DNA of 32,000 nucleotides from Candidatus Altimarinota bacterium (GTDB lineage Bacteria > Patescibacteriota > Gracilibacteria > UBA1369), in NCBI GenBank assembly GCA_041659405.1, contig JBAZYK010000001.1, positions 150,001 through 182,000 on the forward strand. The letters run 5' to 3'. Below the pieces are notes generated by a model that saw only the letters and a program-made list of their open reading frames with translations, searched no databases and was not told where the DNA came from. The position numbers and the translations under genes were made by a program. This document shows, piece by piece, positions 1 through 9,633 of this stretch (its first letter is position 1; the number at the start of each line of letters is the position of its first letter).

Positions 1-1
1 A

Positions 2-94
2 ATTAAAGCTACAGAAAACATCCTGAAAGAAAAATTGGATGCTCAAAAAGATGCTAAATTTATTGACGAAAGTCTTAATTCAATCAGTGCATGA
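2..94 (+). CDS. atpF: F0F1 ATP synthase subunit b, C-terminal end (partial, runs off window start)
   Basis: Open frame from base 2 reads IKATENILKEKLDAQKDAKFIDESLNSISA*; charged coiled-coil tail, stop overlaps the atpH start (ATGA, 91-94); canonical position before atpH. Confidence 0.7.
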   Translation: MKATENILKEKLDAQKDAKFIDESLNSISA

Positions 95-645
95 TCTCAA
101 CAAATTCTCATTTAAAATACGGCAAAGCGCTCTATGAAGTCGCTTCAAAAAAACAGGAGGAAGCCCCTATTTTGCATGAGCTAAAAGCGGTTTGCGAACT
201 TTATCATCATGTTAAGATTAAAAAAATGATGGATTCGCTTTCTCTGATGGAGAAATCCGCACGAGACCTGGTTTTGGATAAAACTTTTGAAGGTAAAGTA
301 AATCTGCTTGTTGTGAATTTGTTAAAAATGCTGGCTTCAGCTAGAAAATTGGTTTTATTACCAAAGGTTTATGAAGCTTACAGCCAGATTTATCATGAAG
401 CTAAAGGCATTGAAGAGGTTGTGATTGCTTCGGCGCGGCCTTTAAGCAAGGATGAAGAACATAATCTGATTAAAAAACTTGAAGAGAAAATGAAGAAAAA
501 AATATCGGTCCATTTTAAAACTGATGCTGCACTTATTGGTGGCGTGCAAATCTTTGAAAGGGGCTATCTGACTGACTTTTCGGTTCAACATTATCTTACA
601 AATTTGCAAAAATATCTTTTGCATCACGAAACCCCTTTCAACTAA
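91..645 (+). CDS. atpH: F0F1 ATP synthase subunit delta
   Basis: 184 aa; C-terminal motif KKISVHFKTDAALIGGVQIFERGYLTDFSVQHYLTNL resembles AtpH (IGG.....G...D.S); located between atpF and atpA. Confidence 0.85.
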   Translation: MISTNSHLKYGKALYEVASKKQEEAPILHELKAVCELYHHVKIKKMMDSLSLMEKSARDLVLDKTFEGKVNLLVVNLLKMLASARKLVLLPKVYEAYSQIYHEAKGIEEVVIASARPLSKDEEHNLIKKLEEKMKKKISVHFKTDAALIGGVQIFERGYLTDFSVQHYLTNLQKYLLHHETPFN

Positions 646-672
646 AAATTAGTAATTAATAATTTTAAAAAC
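644..672 (+). repeat. AT-rich intergenic micro-repeat (AATTAGTAATT family)
   Basis: AAAATTAGTAATTA at 645-658 is identical to 24357-24370; core AATTAGTAATT also at 20693-20703. Confidence 0.45.
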
Positions 673-673
673 T

Positions 674-2182
674 ATGCAAATTAATGCCCAAGAGATTACA
701 GAATTCCTGGCAAAACAACTGGAAAATTATCAATTTCAACCTGAGAAAACCGGTGTTGGAGCCATCGTCTCGATTGGTGATGGAGTTGCCCAGGTAAGCG
801 GCTTGAATGACGTGAAGATGGGTGAAATGATTGAGTTTCCAGGCGGCACCTTTGGTATGGCTATTAACTTAAGCCATGATACCGTTGGCTGTATTTTGTT
901 TGATCTGGGTAAACATTTGAAAGAAGGCGATATGGTTAAGAGTACCGGCCGCGTGATGGAAGTTCCTGTTGGTGAAGCGCTTACCGGCCGTGTTGTGAAT
1001 GCTCTTGGACAACCTGTAGATGGAAAAGGACCGGTTAAGACTACCAAATTCCGTCCAATTGAACATAAAGCCGAAGGTGTAATTTCCCGCAAGTCGGTTA
1101 ATACTCCTTTGCAAACAGGTATTAAAGCCGTTGATGCCATGATCCCGATTGGTCGTGGTCAACGTGAACTTATTATCGGTGATCGCCAAATTGGTAAAAC
1201 TGCGATCGCGATCGATACAATCATCAATCAAAAAGGCCAAAAGGTACATTGTTTTTATGTTGCGATCGGCCAGAAACAATCAACTATTGCAACCGTAGTA
1301 AACAAATTGGAACAATCCGGTGCTATGGAATATACAACTGTGATTGTGGCTACAGCTTCCGATGCTGCGGCTTTGAGTTTTATTGCTCCTTATACCGGTT
1401 GCGCCATGGCGGAAGACGTTATGTACAGCGGTAAAGATGCTTTGATTGTTTATGATGATCTTTCCAAACATGCGTGGGCTTACCGTGAAGTTTCCTTGTT
1501 GTTACGCCGTCCACCGGGTCGTGAAGCGTATCCGGGCGATGTATTTTATTTGCATTCCCGTTTGTTGGAACGTGCTTCCCGCCTTGCGGATGACTTGGGT
1601 GGTGGATCATTAACCGCTTTGCCAATTATTGAAACACAGGCCGGTGACGTTTCCGCTTATATTCCAACCAACGTAATTTCAATTACAGATGGTCAGATTT
1701 ATTTGGAAGCTGAACTTTTCTATGCCGGTAAACGTCCTGCTATTAATGCCGGTATTTCCGTATCACGCGTAGGTGGCTCCGCTCAGGTTCCGGTTATGAA
1801 AAAAGTTGCCGGTAACTTACGTTTAAGTTTGTCTCAATTCCGTGAAATGGAAAGCTTTGCGCAAATTGGTTCAGATCTTGATCCACAAACAAAAGCGTTG
1901 TTGGAACGTGGCCAACGCATGACAGAAGTATTGAAACAACCACAATATCGACCGCTTTCCGTTGCCAAGCAGGTTGCAATTATTTACGCTGTGAATTCCG
2001 GTTTGTTGGATGATGTAGCGGTAAGTGATATCCAGAGTTTTGAAACAAAACTGCACGATTTCATGGATACTAAATACAAGAATCTGCAGGAAGAACTGCT
2101 AATTGCCAAGAAGTTCACTTCCGAATTGGAAGCACAACTTAAGAACGCAATTGTTGAATTTAAAAACGGTTGGACGAAGTAA
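674..2182 (+). CDS. atpA: F0F1 ATP synthase subunit alpha
   Basis: 502 aa; Walker [14 protein letters not shown], signature [17 protein letters not shown]; full length. Confidence 0.99.
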   Translation: MQINAQEITEFLAKQLENYQFQPEKTGVGAIVSIGDGVAQVSGLNDVKMGEMIEFPGGTFGMAINLSHDTVGCILFDLGKHLKEGDMVKSTGRVMEVPVGEALTGRVVNALGQPVDGKGPVKTTKFRPIEHKAEGVISRKSVNTPLQTGIKAVDAMIPIGRGQRELIIGDRQIGKTAIAIDTIINQKGQKVHCFYVAIGQKQSTIATVVNKLEQSGAMEYTTVIVATASDAAALSFIAPYTGCAMAEDVMYSGKDALIVYDDLSKHAWAYREVSLLLRRPPGREAYPGDVFYLHSRLLERASRLADDLGGGSLTALPIIETQAGDVSAYIPTNVISITDGQIYLEAELFYAGKRPAINAGISVSRVGGSAQVPVMKKVAGNLRLSLSQFREMESFAQIGSDLDPQTKALLERGQRMTEVLKQPQYRPLSVAKQVAIIYAVNSGLLDDVAVSDIQSFETKLHDFMDTKYKNLQEELLIAKKFTSELEAQLKNAIVEFKNGWTK

Positions 2183-2201
2183 TTTTCAAATCTTTTAGGT
2201 G

Positions 2202-2285
2202 TGTTCGAGGAGATGGCAGAATCCCCTTCGGACACAGGGCCCCTACCCCGGATGTCCTCAGTGAATTCTGCCACCTCCTCGAACA
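2202..2285 (+). ncRNA. Candidate structured RNA element, copy 1, in the atpA-atpG intergenic region
   Basis: Arms 2202-2222 (TGTTCGAGGAGATGGCAGAAT) and 2265-2285 (ATTCTGCCACCTCCTCGAACA) pair over 11 bp, one A.C mismatch, then 9 bp; they enclose a 42-nt core (2223-2264) identical to copy 2. Confidence 0.85.
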
Positions 2286-2305
2286 AAAATATTTATTTTT
2301 ATTAA

Positions 2306-3160
2306 ATGGCTTCTCTCAGAGATATTAAATTAAGAATTCGGTCGGTTAAATCGACTCAGAAGATTACCAAGGCTATGGAAATGATTGCGGCTTCTAAAAT
2401 GAAGCGTGCTCAGAACCAGGCCTTAAAAGGTCGTCCTTATTTGGGTAAACTTACGCAAATTATTTCCAATCTGGTGTATTTGAGTGATCCAAAACTTTCG
2501 CATCCTCTGCTTAAAAGCAAGAAAAGTGTTAAGAATGTTGCTTACATTTTTATTACCGGAAATCGTGGACTTTGCGGCGCTTTTAATACCAATGTGATCC
2601 GCAAAATGTTCGAGATTTTGAAAGAAAAAAATCAGACTCAAGAAACCGTTATCACTGTTGGTAAAAAGGGGCGCCAGGCTATGGAACGCATTGGTAAAGC
2701 GGTTTTGGCTGATTTTGAAACGATGCCCGATAAAATTTCTTATCTTGATTCACTTGGTATCAGCCGTGTGGTTGTTGATGATTTTTTGAATGGAAAATTG
2801 GATGAAGTTTATATGGTTTACAACCATTTTTACTCAACAATAAGCCAAAAACCTATTGTGCAAAGGTTGTTGCCGGTGACTTTGGAAAAGAGCGCGGCAA
2901 GTTCAGAAACCAAACGTTCATATATTTTTGAGCCTAAAAAAGAACTGCTTTTGGATGAACTTTTGCATCGTTATATTGAAACAATGGTTTATCAGACTTT
3001 GCTTGAATCCGTGGCTTCAGAACAAAGCGCGCGCATGATGGCAATGAGACAGGCATCGGACAACGCTACGGAAATTGTCGACAATTTAACTTTGAACTAC
3101 AACAAAGCTCGTCAGGCCAAGATTACGACTCAAATCCTGGAAGTGGTGGCAGGAAGTTAG
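2306..3160 (+). CDS. atpG: F0F1 ATP synthase subunit gamma
   Basis: 284 aa; MASLRDIKLRIRSVKSTQKITKAMEMIAASKMKRAQ N-terminus and ARMMAMRQASDNATEIVDNLTLNYNKARQAKITTQILEVVAG C-terminus are typical of AtpG. Confidence 0.98.
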   Translation: MASLRDIKLRIRSVKSTQKITKAMEMIAASKMKRAQNQALKGRPYLGKLTQIISNLVYLSDPKLSHPLLKSKKSVKNVAYIFITGNRGLCGAFNTNVIRKMFEILKEKNQTQETVITVGKKGRQAMERIGKAVLADFETMPDKISYLDSLGISRVVVDDFLNGKLDEVYMVYNHFYSTISQKPIVQRLLPVTLEKSAASSETKRSYIFEPKKELLLDELLHRYIETMVYQTLLESVASEQSARMMAMRQASDNATEIVDNLTLNYNKARQAKITTQILEVVAGS

Positions 3161-3194
3161 AAACAGAATCAGGCTTTCCCTATCAATAAAATAA

Positions 3195-4619
<1,425 letters not shown>

Positions 4620-4640
4620 TTTTTCGAGGGATTTCTCCAC

Positions 4641-4718
4641 GGGAAGTGATGTGGAATTCCCCTTCGGACACAGGGCCCCTACCCCGGATGTCCTCAGTGA
4701 AATTCCCCATCACTTCCC
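4641..4718 (+). ncRNA. Candidate structured RNA element, copy 2, in the atpD-atpC intergenic region
   Basis: Arms 4641-4658 (GGGAAGTGATGTGGAATT) and 4701-4718 (AATTCCCCATCACTTCCC) pair over 11 bp, one T.C mismatch, then 6 bp; core 4659-4700 is identical over 42 nt to copy 1. Confidence 0.85.
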
Positions 4719-4808
4719 TGAAGATTGAGATACATCAAAAAAAAATTTGTAATTAAGCGGACCAAACTCGTTTCAAACTTTATATATCACTCTCACTAAA
4801 TCGACTTT

Positions 4809-5225
4809 ATGTTTCACCTTTCTATCGTTACTGCAGAAAAAACCATTTATGATGGGGATATTGAAATGTTGGTGGCTCCGGCAATCGACGGAGAGGTCGG
4901 TATTTTGACGAATCACCACCCTTTGGTGACAAAGTTGGGTCCAGGTGGCATGAAGATTACAAAGGCCGATAAAACCGAAGAATATTTGTTTATAAGTGGT
5001 GGCTATTTGGAAGTGAACAACAACAAAGCCACTATTCTGGCCGATGCTTTGGAAAATGCCGATCAGGTTGAAAAAGAACAGGCGAAGGCCGCCCGTGAAC
5101 GCGCGCAAAGCATGATCAAAACCGCAAAAGACGATTTAATGCGTGAAAATCTGGAAAAAGAACTGCAAGTCCAGATGCTGCGCGAAAGATTTGCGGATGT
5201 GGCGGAGGCGAAGAGGAGGAAATAG
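4809..5225 (+). CDS. atpC: F0F1 ATP synthase subunit epsilon
   Basis: 138 aa; FHLSIVTAEKTIYDGDIEMLVAPAIDGEVGILTNHHPLVTKLGPG is AtpC-like; last gene of the operon. Confidence 0.96.
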   Translation: MFHLSIVTAEKTIYDGDIEMLVAPAIDGEVGILTNHHPLVTKLGPGGMKITKADKTEEYLFISGGYLEVNNNKATILADALENADQVEKEQAKAARERAQSMIKTAKDDLMRENLEKELQVQMLRERFADVAEAKRRK

Positions 5226-5333
5226 TTTATTTGCGTGTGCCCGGGCACAGATTTATGCCAGAAAAATGGCCTATGTAAGCCATCAGGGTCCGCCGCCTGC
5301 TATGCCACTGCGCTCGTGTCGCCACCGGTTTGA

Positions 5334-8300
5334 TTAGGTTGCGCCGCCGCCTGGTCCGCCAGCACCGCCGGCCCCGCCAACGCCACCACTTGCGGCCCCA
5401 CCGCCGATTTTCCCGCCCTCTTCAGGCCTTTCTGCAGCGCTTTCACTTGTCCTATCCGCCTCTGCTTTTGGTTTTGGTGGATTTTCTTTTTCTGCGATTA
5501 GATGTTGAAGCCTTTGGATTTCTTCATCCAGCAGTTTTTTGTCGCCTGCCTGACTAATGTAAGTGTTTTCTTTAATGTGCTGGATAATTGTATTCACGCG
5601 CGCATTTTGTGCCTTTTTAATATCTGAAAAACCCGACGGATTGCTTGTGTTTAATTTCTCTTCAAGTTTGCTAACCATAGTGACCCCAGCTTCAATCTCA
5701 GGATTATGATATGCTTCCAAAGTGATTTCTTCTTTGGCCAGCTTTGCGGCTTCCGCTTTGGCTTTTTCCTTATCGTAACCTTCCGGCAGGGGCTGAATTC
5801 CCTGAATATTCATACCAACCGCATGGTTATCCCTTTGAATTTTTGCGAATATCTCATTTAATTCTTCGAGTTTTTTTCCATGCATTTGGCCTTCAAGCAT
5901 TTTTCCAAACTCACTGATAGAATTTTTTTGCTGTTCACGGTCAGTGGTAGAAGGCGCGGCTCCAAAATTCTTGAAGACCATATCTACTTCGCTTTTCAAG
6001 CCAAACTGTCCGGATAAAGCTTTAATAAAAGCACGCATTTCATCTCTGTGTTTTATAACCGGGCGGGATGGATCATTGACCGGTCTGCTGTTCAATTCCT
6101 GGCTGCCAAAGCGGGAATAGTTATTCGAGGCAGGTTCCCAACGACGATCAAGGATAGCATCAAAACGAATAAAACTTCTCATGATATTTACCAGGTTCCT
6201 CAATTCTTTTTGAGCGTTTTCCTGATCTCCGGCTTTTAAATATTTATCGATGAGTTTCATTTTTCTTAAAGAGAAGTCATTAAAACCGGCGTAACAGTTC
6301 TTAAGACCTTCATTTGTAATCTGCTGCTTGGCACCACCGGCTTTTAGGGTGAGCTGTTCAATTGTTTCTTCACCAAGTGGAGGAGCAAATTTATCCATAT
6401 CGTCATGGTCCCAAATATTGGCATCACCTACAGCTTTGTTCATACGTTTTAACGAGCTGTCATGCCACAAAACTTCATCATTCACAAAGTCTTTAAACTT
6501 TGTACCTGGCCCCATCTGCTTTTTATAATCGGTGACACCGGCTGTACCGCCCTGCAAATCCGGCTCAACATAAAGCCTGATCCAATGTTTAAAAACATTA
6601 AGATCTGCCTTGCCAAGTTGGGGCTTTGTTTCACCTGTATTTGGATCCTTCTCATAAAGCGGCCTTCCTTCGGAATCAACCATCGGGAAGTCTGATCTAT
6701 TTGCAAAGAAGTCCAAAACCGGCATGTTCTTAAGCAAATCACTGTTCAAGGCACCATTACGATCAATATGGAATAAAGGCAGTCCGTGTCCTTTATGAGG
6801 ATGGGCTCCAATCGCCATAACCATGAAATAGATTTTCTCTTCAAAACCCAATTTACCGGCTTGAATGGCGTAACAAAGGTAAGCTTCATATTCTGCCGGA
6901 TTTACGTATTCGCCATTAAGATGTTTATAGAGCAAACTCTTAAGCGCTGTTTTTAAACCTCCGTTGTGATATGGATCACCTTCCAAACGCTTGGCATTAT
7001 CAGCAAAAGCACTTTTAATGCTGTTATAAGATGAATCCTGTTTTTGCCTGAATTCACGGAAAGTATCATTTCCCCACCAGTGATCCAAAACTTTTTCAAT
7101 GTCATCCATGTGCGTTGCGGCATTCACAAAAACCGGCACACCGTGAGAATGTTTATTTATACAATGCCAGAAATGCTCATCATCCCAGCGCAACTGGCCT
7201 TTTTCGGCCAATACCGTGATGGACGCTTTCAAAATATCTTTATTTGGAGCCTCGTGGAGTTCATGTTTAATAAAATCGATACCCATTGTTCGATAATGTT
7301 CCACGTGATGATTCACTTCTTCATTTTCCGCGTGCTGGGCAACGCCTTTAAATTCGGCACCCAATTCGGTAAAGAAGCTGCTTAGGCCGTGATAGCCCTT
7401 AAACATGGCCTCCCCGGCTATACCAACTTTGCCATGAGACCAGCGTTTTAATTTACGTTCCACCAATTCATAAGTGGTTTTGCCGATTTCGAATAAGTCA
7501 TAAAGTGAAACAATCGTGGTATCATCCCACATTTGGCGCAGGTAACTTGTTGGATGTCTTGGGGCTTCATTGCCGGTGTCAAAGACAGCATCTTCCGGAA
7601 TTTTTTCTTCTGCGGATTTTGCGACTGGAGGTTGTCCCGCGCCTTGACCATGTTCCGGACCTTCGGGCCCACCTGCCCCCGCTGCTCCTGCGGCTGCGCC
7701 CGCTAATGCGGCAGCGCCTGCAGCTCCACCTTCTGCTGCTTTTACTGCTTCTTCCGGTGGTTTTTTAATAATGTGATTCTTTTTAACCCAGCGTAAAAAG
7801 GCTGCCGGAGTAAAAGTGTCGCCATTTTTCATGACAACTTTTTTATCATCAATTTCCTTGATCACAAATTTCTTTTCTGATTCGACATCGTCGTATTTCA
7901 GGACTTCACCGCTAACTGCCTGAATTGGCTTGTACAAATTTGGATCGCGTTTGTAGACCTGATTTAAAATTTCGTTATGCTGAACCAAAGCTTCCCGCAA
8001 TTTTGCGGCGCTTTCAATTGGCTTCATTACTTCGTTTCGTTTGAACCATCTGGCAAAATGGGCAAAATTTAAAGTTTTTACTTTTTGAGTTGGAGTAATT
8101 AAAACCTCCTGATCAAGCGTAATCTGCTGTTTGTCGTGATCAATTTTTTCAACTCTCACCAGACTGTCTTTTGGCGAAAAGTTTTGAGTTGTCGCGTCCA
8201 GTAATTGGCGATATTCAAAACGGTCGCCTTCGTTTACGTCAACGCCAATGCTTTTTTCCAGATCTTTTTTGGTCTGGATGTCTTCCGTAACACCAAATTT

Positions 8301-9551
8301 GTCGATCCATGTTAAGAAATCGGCAACCGAAAATCGGTCGGTTCTAATAACTTTGCTGTCCGTATCCAGCGATTCAATAACGATAATTGGAGAACCGGGA
8401 AGTTTTTGGGTTACACGACCTTTGTCATCCTTAATTATGACATCTTCAGTTTCGATTCCTTTAATTTTTGCTTTTTCATTTATTTCTTCAACTTCACCGG
8501 TTTTGCCGTTTTCACGGAAACCCTTATAAACTAGAATCTGATCAGCTTTTAATGGTAATCCGGCGGCGCTCGCAAAGACTTCCAGCTGTTTTTCTCTGTT
8601 TAGTTTTTTGTGGACTTCCGTGCCAACTTCACTCATCAGCTCGCGGAATTCATGCATTTTCTCCAGAGTTTCTTTTTTGATTTTGACATCATTTTCGGCT
8701 TCTTTTACTTTTAATTTATAAACCGCTTCAATCGCAGCTTTGGCTTTTGGATCGGTAATATCTTTGACGAGTTCGGCCCATTTTCCTTTGCCACCTTCAT
8801 CATTAAAATCCACTTCGTAAAGCTGATAGGCCAAGACCGAAGTAATCTGATTTTCGTCCGCCATTTCTTTTAAAGAACTTTGAATTGGCTCGTTGAATTT
8901 TTTATCGTCTTCGTTTAGACGTTTAAAATCAGCATGAAAAGCCTTAATTCTTTCGGCATATTCCTGACTTTCAGGTGAGGCTCCCATCATGGCAGATGCC
9001 GCTTTTCCGCTTGTTGATACCGCTTCTTCGGTCTGCGCTTCGACTTTTTTCTTTACATCAAAAGAGAGTTCTTTTTCATCGTCTTTTTCCTTTTCTTTAT
9101 CTTCATCCGCTTTTGCCGGAGTTTTCTTTTCGACCTCGGACAAAAATTTATTGAATTCACTTAAACTGAGCGTGCCATCGGAAGCACGTTGCAGATGCGG
9201 AATTAAAGCCTTTTTATCCTCTTCACTGCCCTTTTCCAAAATTTTCAGACACTTGGCAACATTGGCACTATCGATTTTCTTGTCCTTGCCCAAAGTCTGA
9301 ACAACTTCACGCGCATTGGATTGCGTCACCGTGACCTTATCTTTCTTTTCGGCATCCTTATCGGCCTTGTCATCATCTTTATCTGGATCGATTTTGTCCG
9401 CAGTGCCGCCGCTACCGGAGCCACCGGAACTTCCGCCGGCAGCAAAAATAAAACGAGACGCTGGCAAATGTGAACCTGCGACTGAGCACCAAAAAATCCC
9501 GCCCGGTGTAAGGCTTTCTGCCATTCTTCCGCAAAGAGCATGTTTAATCAT
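5334..9551 (-). CDS. Very large hypothetical protein (1405 aa) with charged N-terminal region, three tandem ~85-aa repeats, an Ala/Gly/Pro linker, a large soluble C-terminal region and a Gly/Ala tail
   Basis: Single uninterrupted ORF; internal repeats with FxxxxFLxW-type motif; next gene in the VirB6-like cluster. Start codon uncertain. Confidence 0.85.
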   Translation of the reverse strand: MIKHALCGRMAESLTPGGIFWCSVAGSHLPASRFIFAAGGSSGGSGSGGTADKIDPDKDDDKADKDAEKKDKVTVTQSNAREVVQTLGKDKKIDSANVAKCLKILEKGSEEDKKALIPHLQRASDGTLSLSEFNKFLSEVEKKTPAKADEDKEKEKDDEKELSFDVKKKVEAQTEEAVSTSGKAASAMMGASPESQEYAERIKAFHADFKRLNEDDKKFNEPIQSSLKEMADENQITSVLAYQLYEVDFNDEGGKGKWAELVKDITDPKAKAAIEAVYKLKVKEAENDVKIKKETLEKMHEFRELMSEVGTEVHKKLNREKQLEVFASAAGLPLKADQILVYKGFRENGKTGEVEEINEKAKIKGIETEDVIIKDDKGRVTQKLPGSPIIVIESLDTDSKVIRTDRFSVADFLTWIDKFGVTEDIQTKKDLEKSIGVDVNEGDRFEYRQLLDATTQNFSPKDSLVRVEKIDHDKQQITLDQEVLITPTQKVKTLNFAHFARWFKRNEVMKPIESAAKLREALVQHNEILNQVYKRDPNLYKPIQAVSGEVLKYDDVESEKKFVIKEIDDKKVVMKNGDTFTPAAFLRWVKKNHIIKKPPEEAVKAAEGGAAGAAALAGAAAGAAGAGGPEGPEHGQGAGQPPVAKSAEEKIPEDAVFDTGNEAPRHPTSYLRQMWDDTTIVSLYDLFEIGKTTYELVERKLKRWSHGKVGIAGEAMFKGYHGLSSFFTELGAEFKGVAQHAENEEVNHHVEHYRTMGIDFIKHELHEAPNKDILKASITVLAEKGQLRWDDEHFWHCINKHSHGVPVFVNAATHMDDIEKVLDHWWGNDTFREFRQKQDSSYNSIKSAFADNAKRLEGDPYHNGGLKTALKSLLYKHLNGEYVNPAEYEAYLCYAIQAGKLGFEEKIYFMVMAIGAHPHKGHGLPLFHIDRNGALNSDLLKNMPVLDFFANRSDFPMVDSEGRPLYEKDPNTGETKPQLGKADLNVFKHWIRLYVEPDLQGGTAGVTDYKKQMGPGTKFKDFVNDEVLWHDSSLKRMNKAVGDANIWDHDDMDKFAPPLGEETIEQLTLKAGGAKQQITNEGLKNCYAGFNDFSLRKMKLIDKYLKAGDQENAQKELRNLVNIMRSFIRFDAILDRRWEPASNNYSRFGSQELNSRPVNDPSRPVIKHRDEMRAFIKALSGQFGLKSEVDMVFKNFGAAPSTTDREQQKNSISEFGKMLEGQMHGKKLEELNEIFAKIQRDNHAVGMNIQGIQPLPEGYDKEKAKAEAAKLAKEEITLEAYHNPEIEAGVTMVSKLEEKLNTSNPSGFSDIKKAQNARVNTIIQHIKENTYISQAGDKKLLDEEIQRLQHLIAEKENPPKPKAEADRTSESAAERPEEGGKIGGGAASGGVGGAGGAGGPGGGAT

Positions 9552-9633
9552 GTTTTGCTTTGGTTATGGATTTGATCAACGTTGTAATTTCGGCTTGATT
9601 GTATCATGATTTTTAGGTTTGTCAAATTGGGTT

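Noticed and set aside
736-1140. Antisense ORFs over atpA (e.g. 134 aa, 136 aa minus strand)
   Set aside because: They lie opposite a highly conserved gene and have no protein-like composition; shadow ORFs.
2202-2285. Interpretation of the ATP operon elements as ordinary Rho-independent terminators
   Set aside because: No U-tract directly follows the helix, the 42-nt apical core is far larger than a terminator loop and is perfectly conserved between copies, and both elements are inside an operon of essential genes.
5236-5249. TGTGCCCGGGCACA palindrome as terminator between atpC and the convergent cluster
   Set aside because: Short 14-nt palindrome with no loop and no adjacent U-tract; not convincing as a terminator.
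6048-9609. Plus-strand ORFs opposite the 1405-aa gene (e.g. 8989-9300, 9316-9609; Ser/Phe/Leu-rich)
   Set aside because: Their Ser/Phe/Leu-rich composition is what the reverse complement of Lys/Glu-rich coding sequence gives; no independent support.
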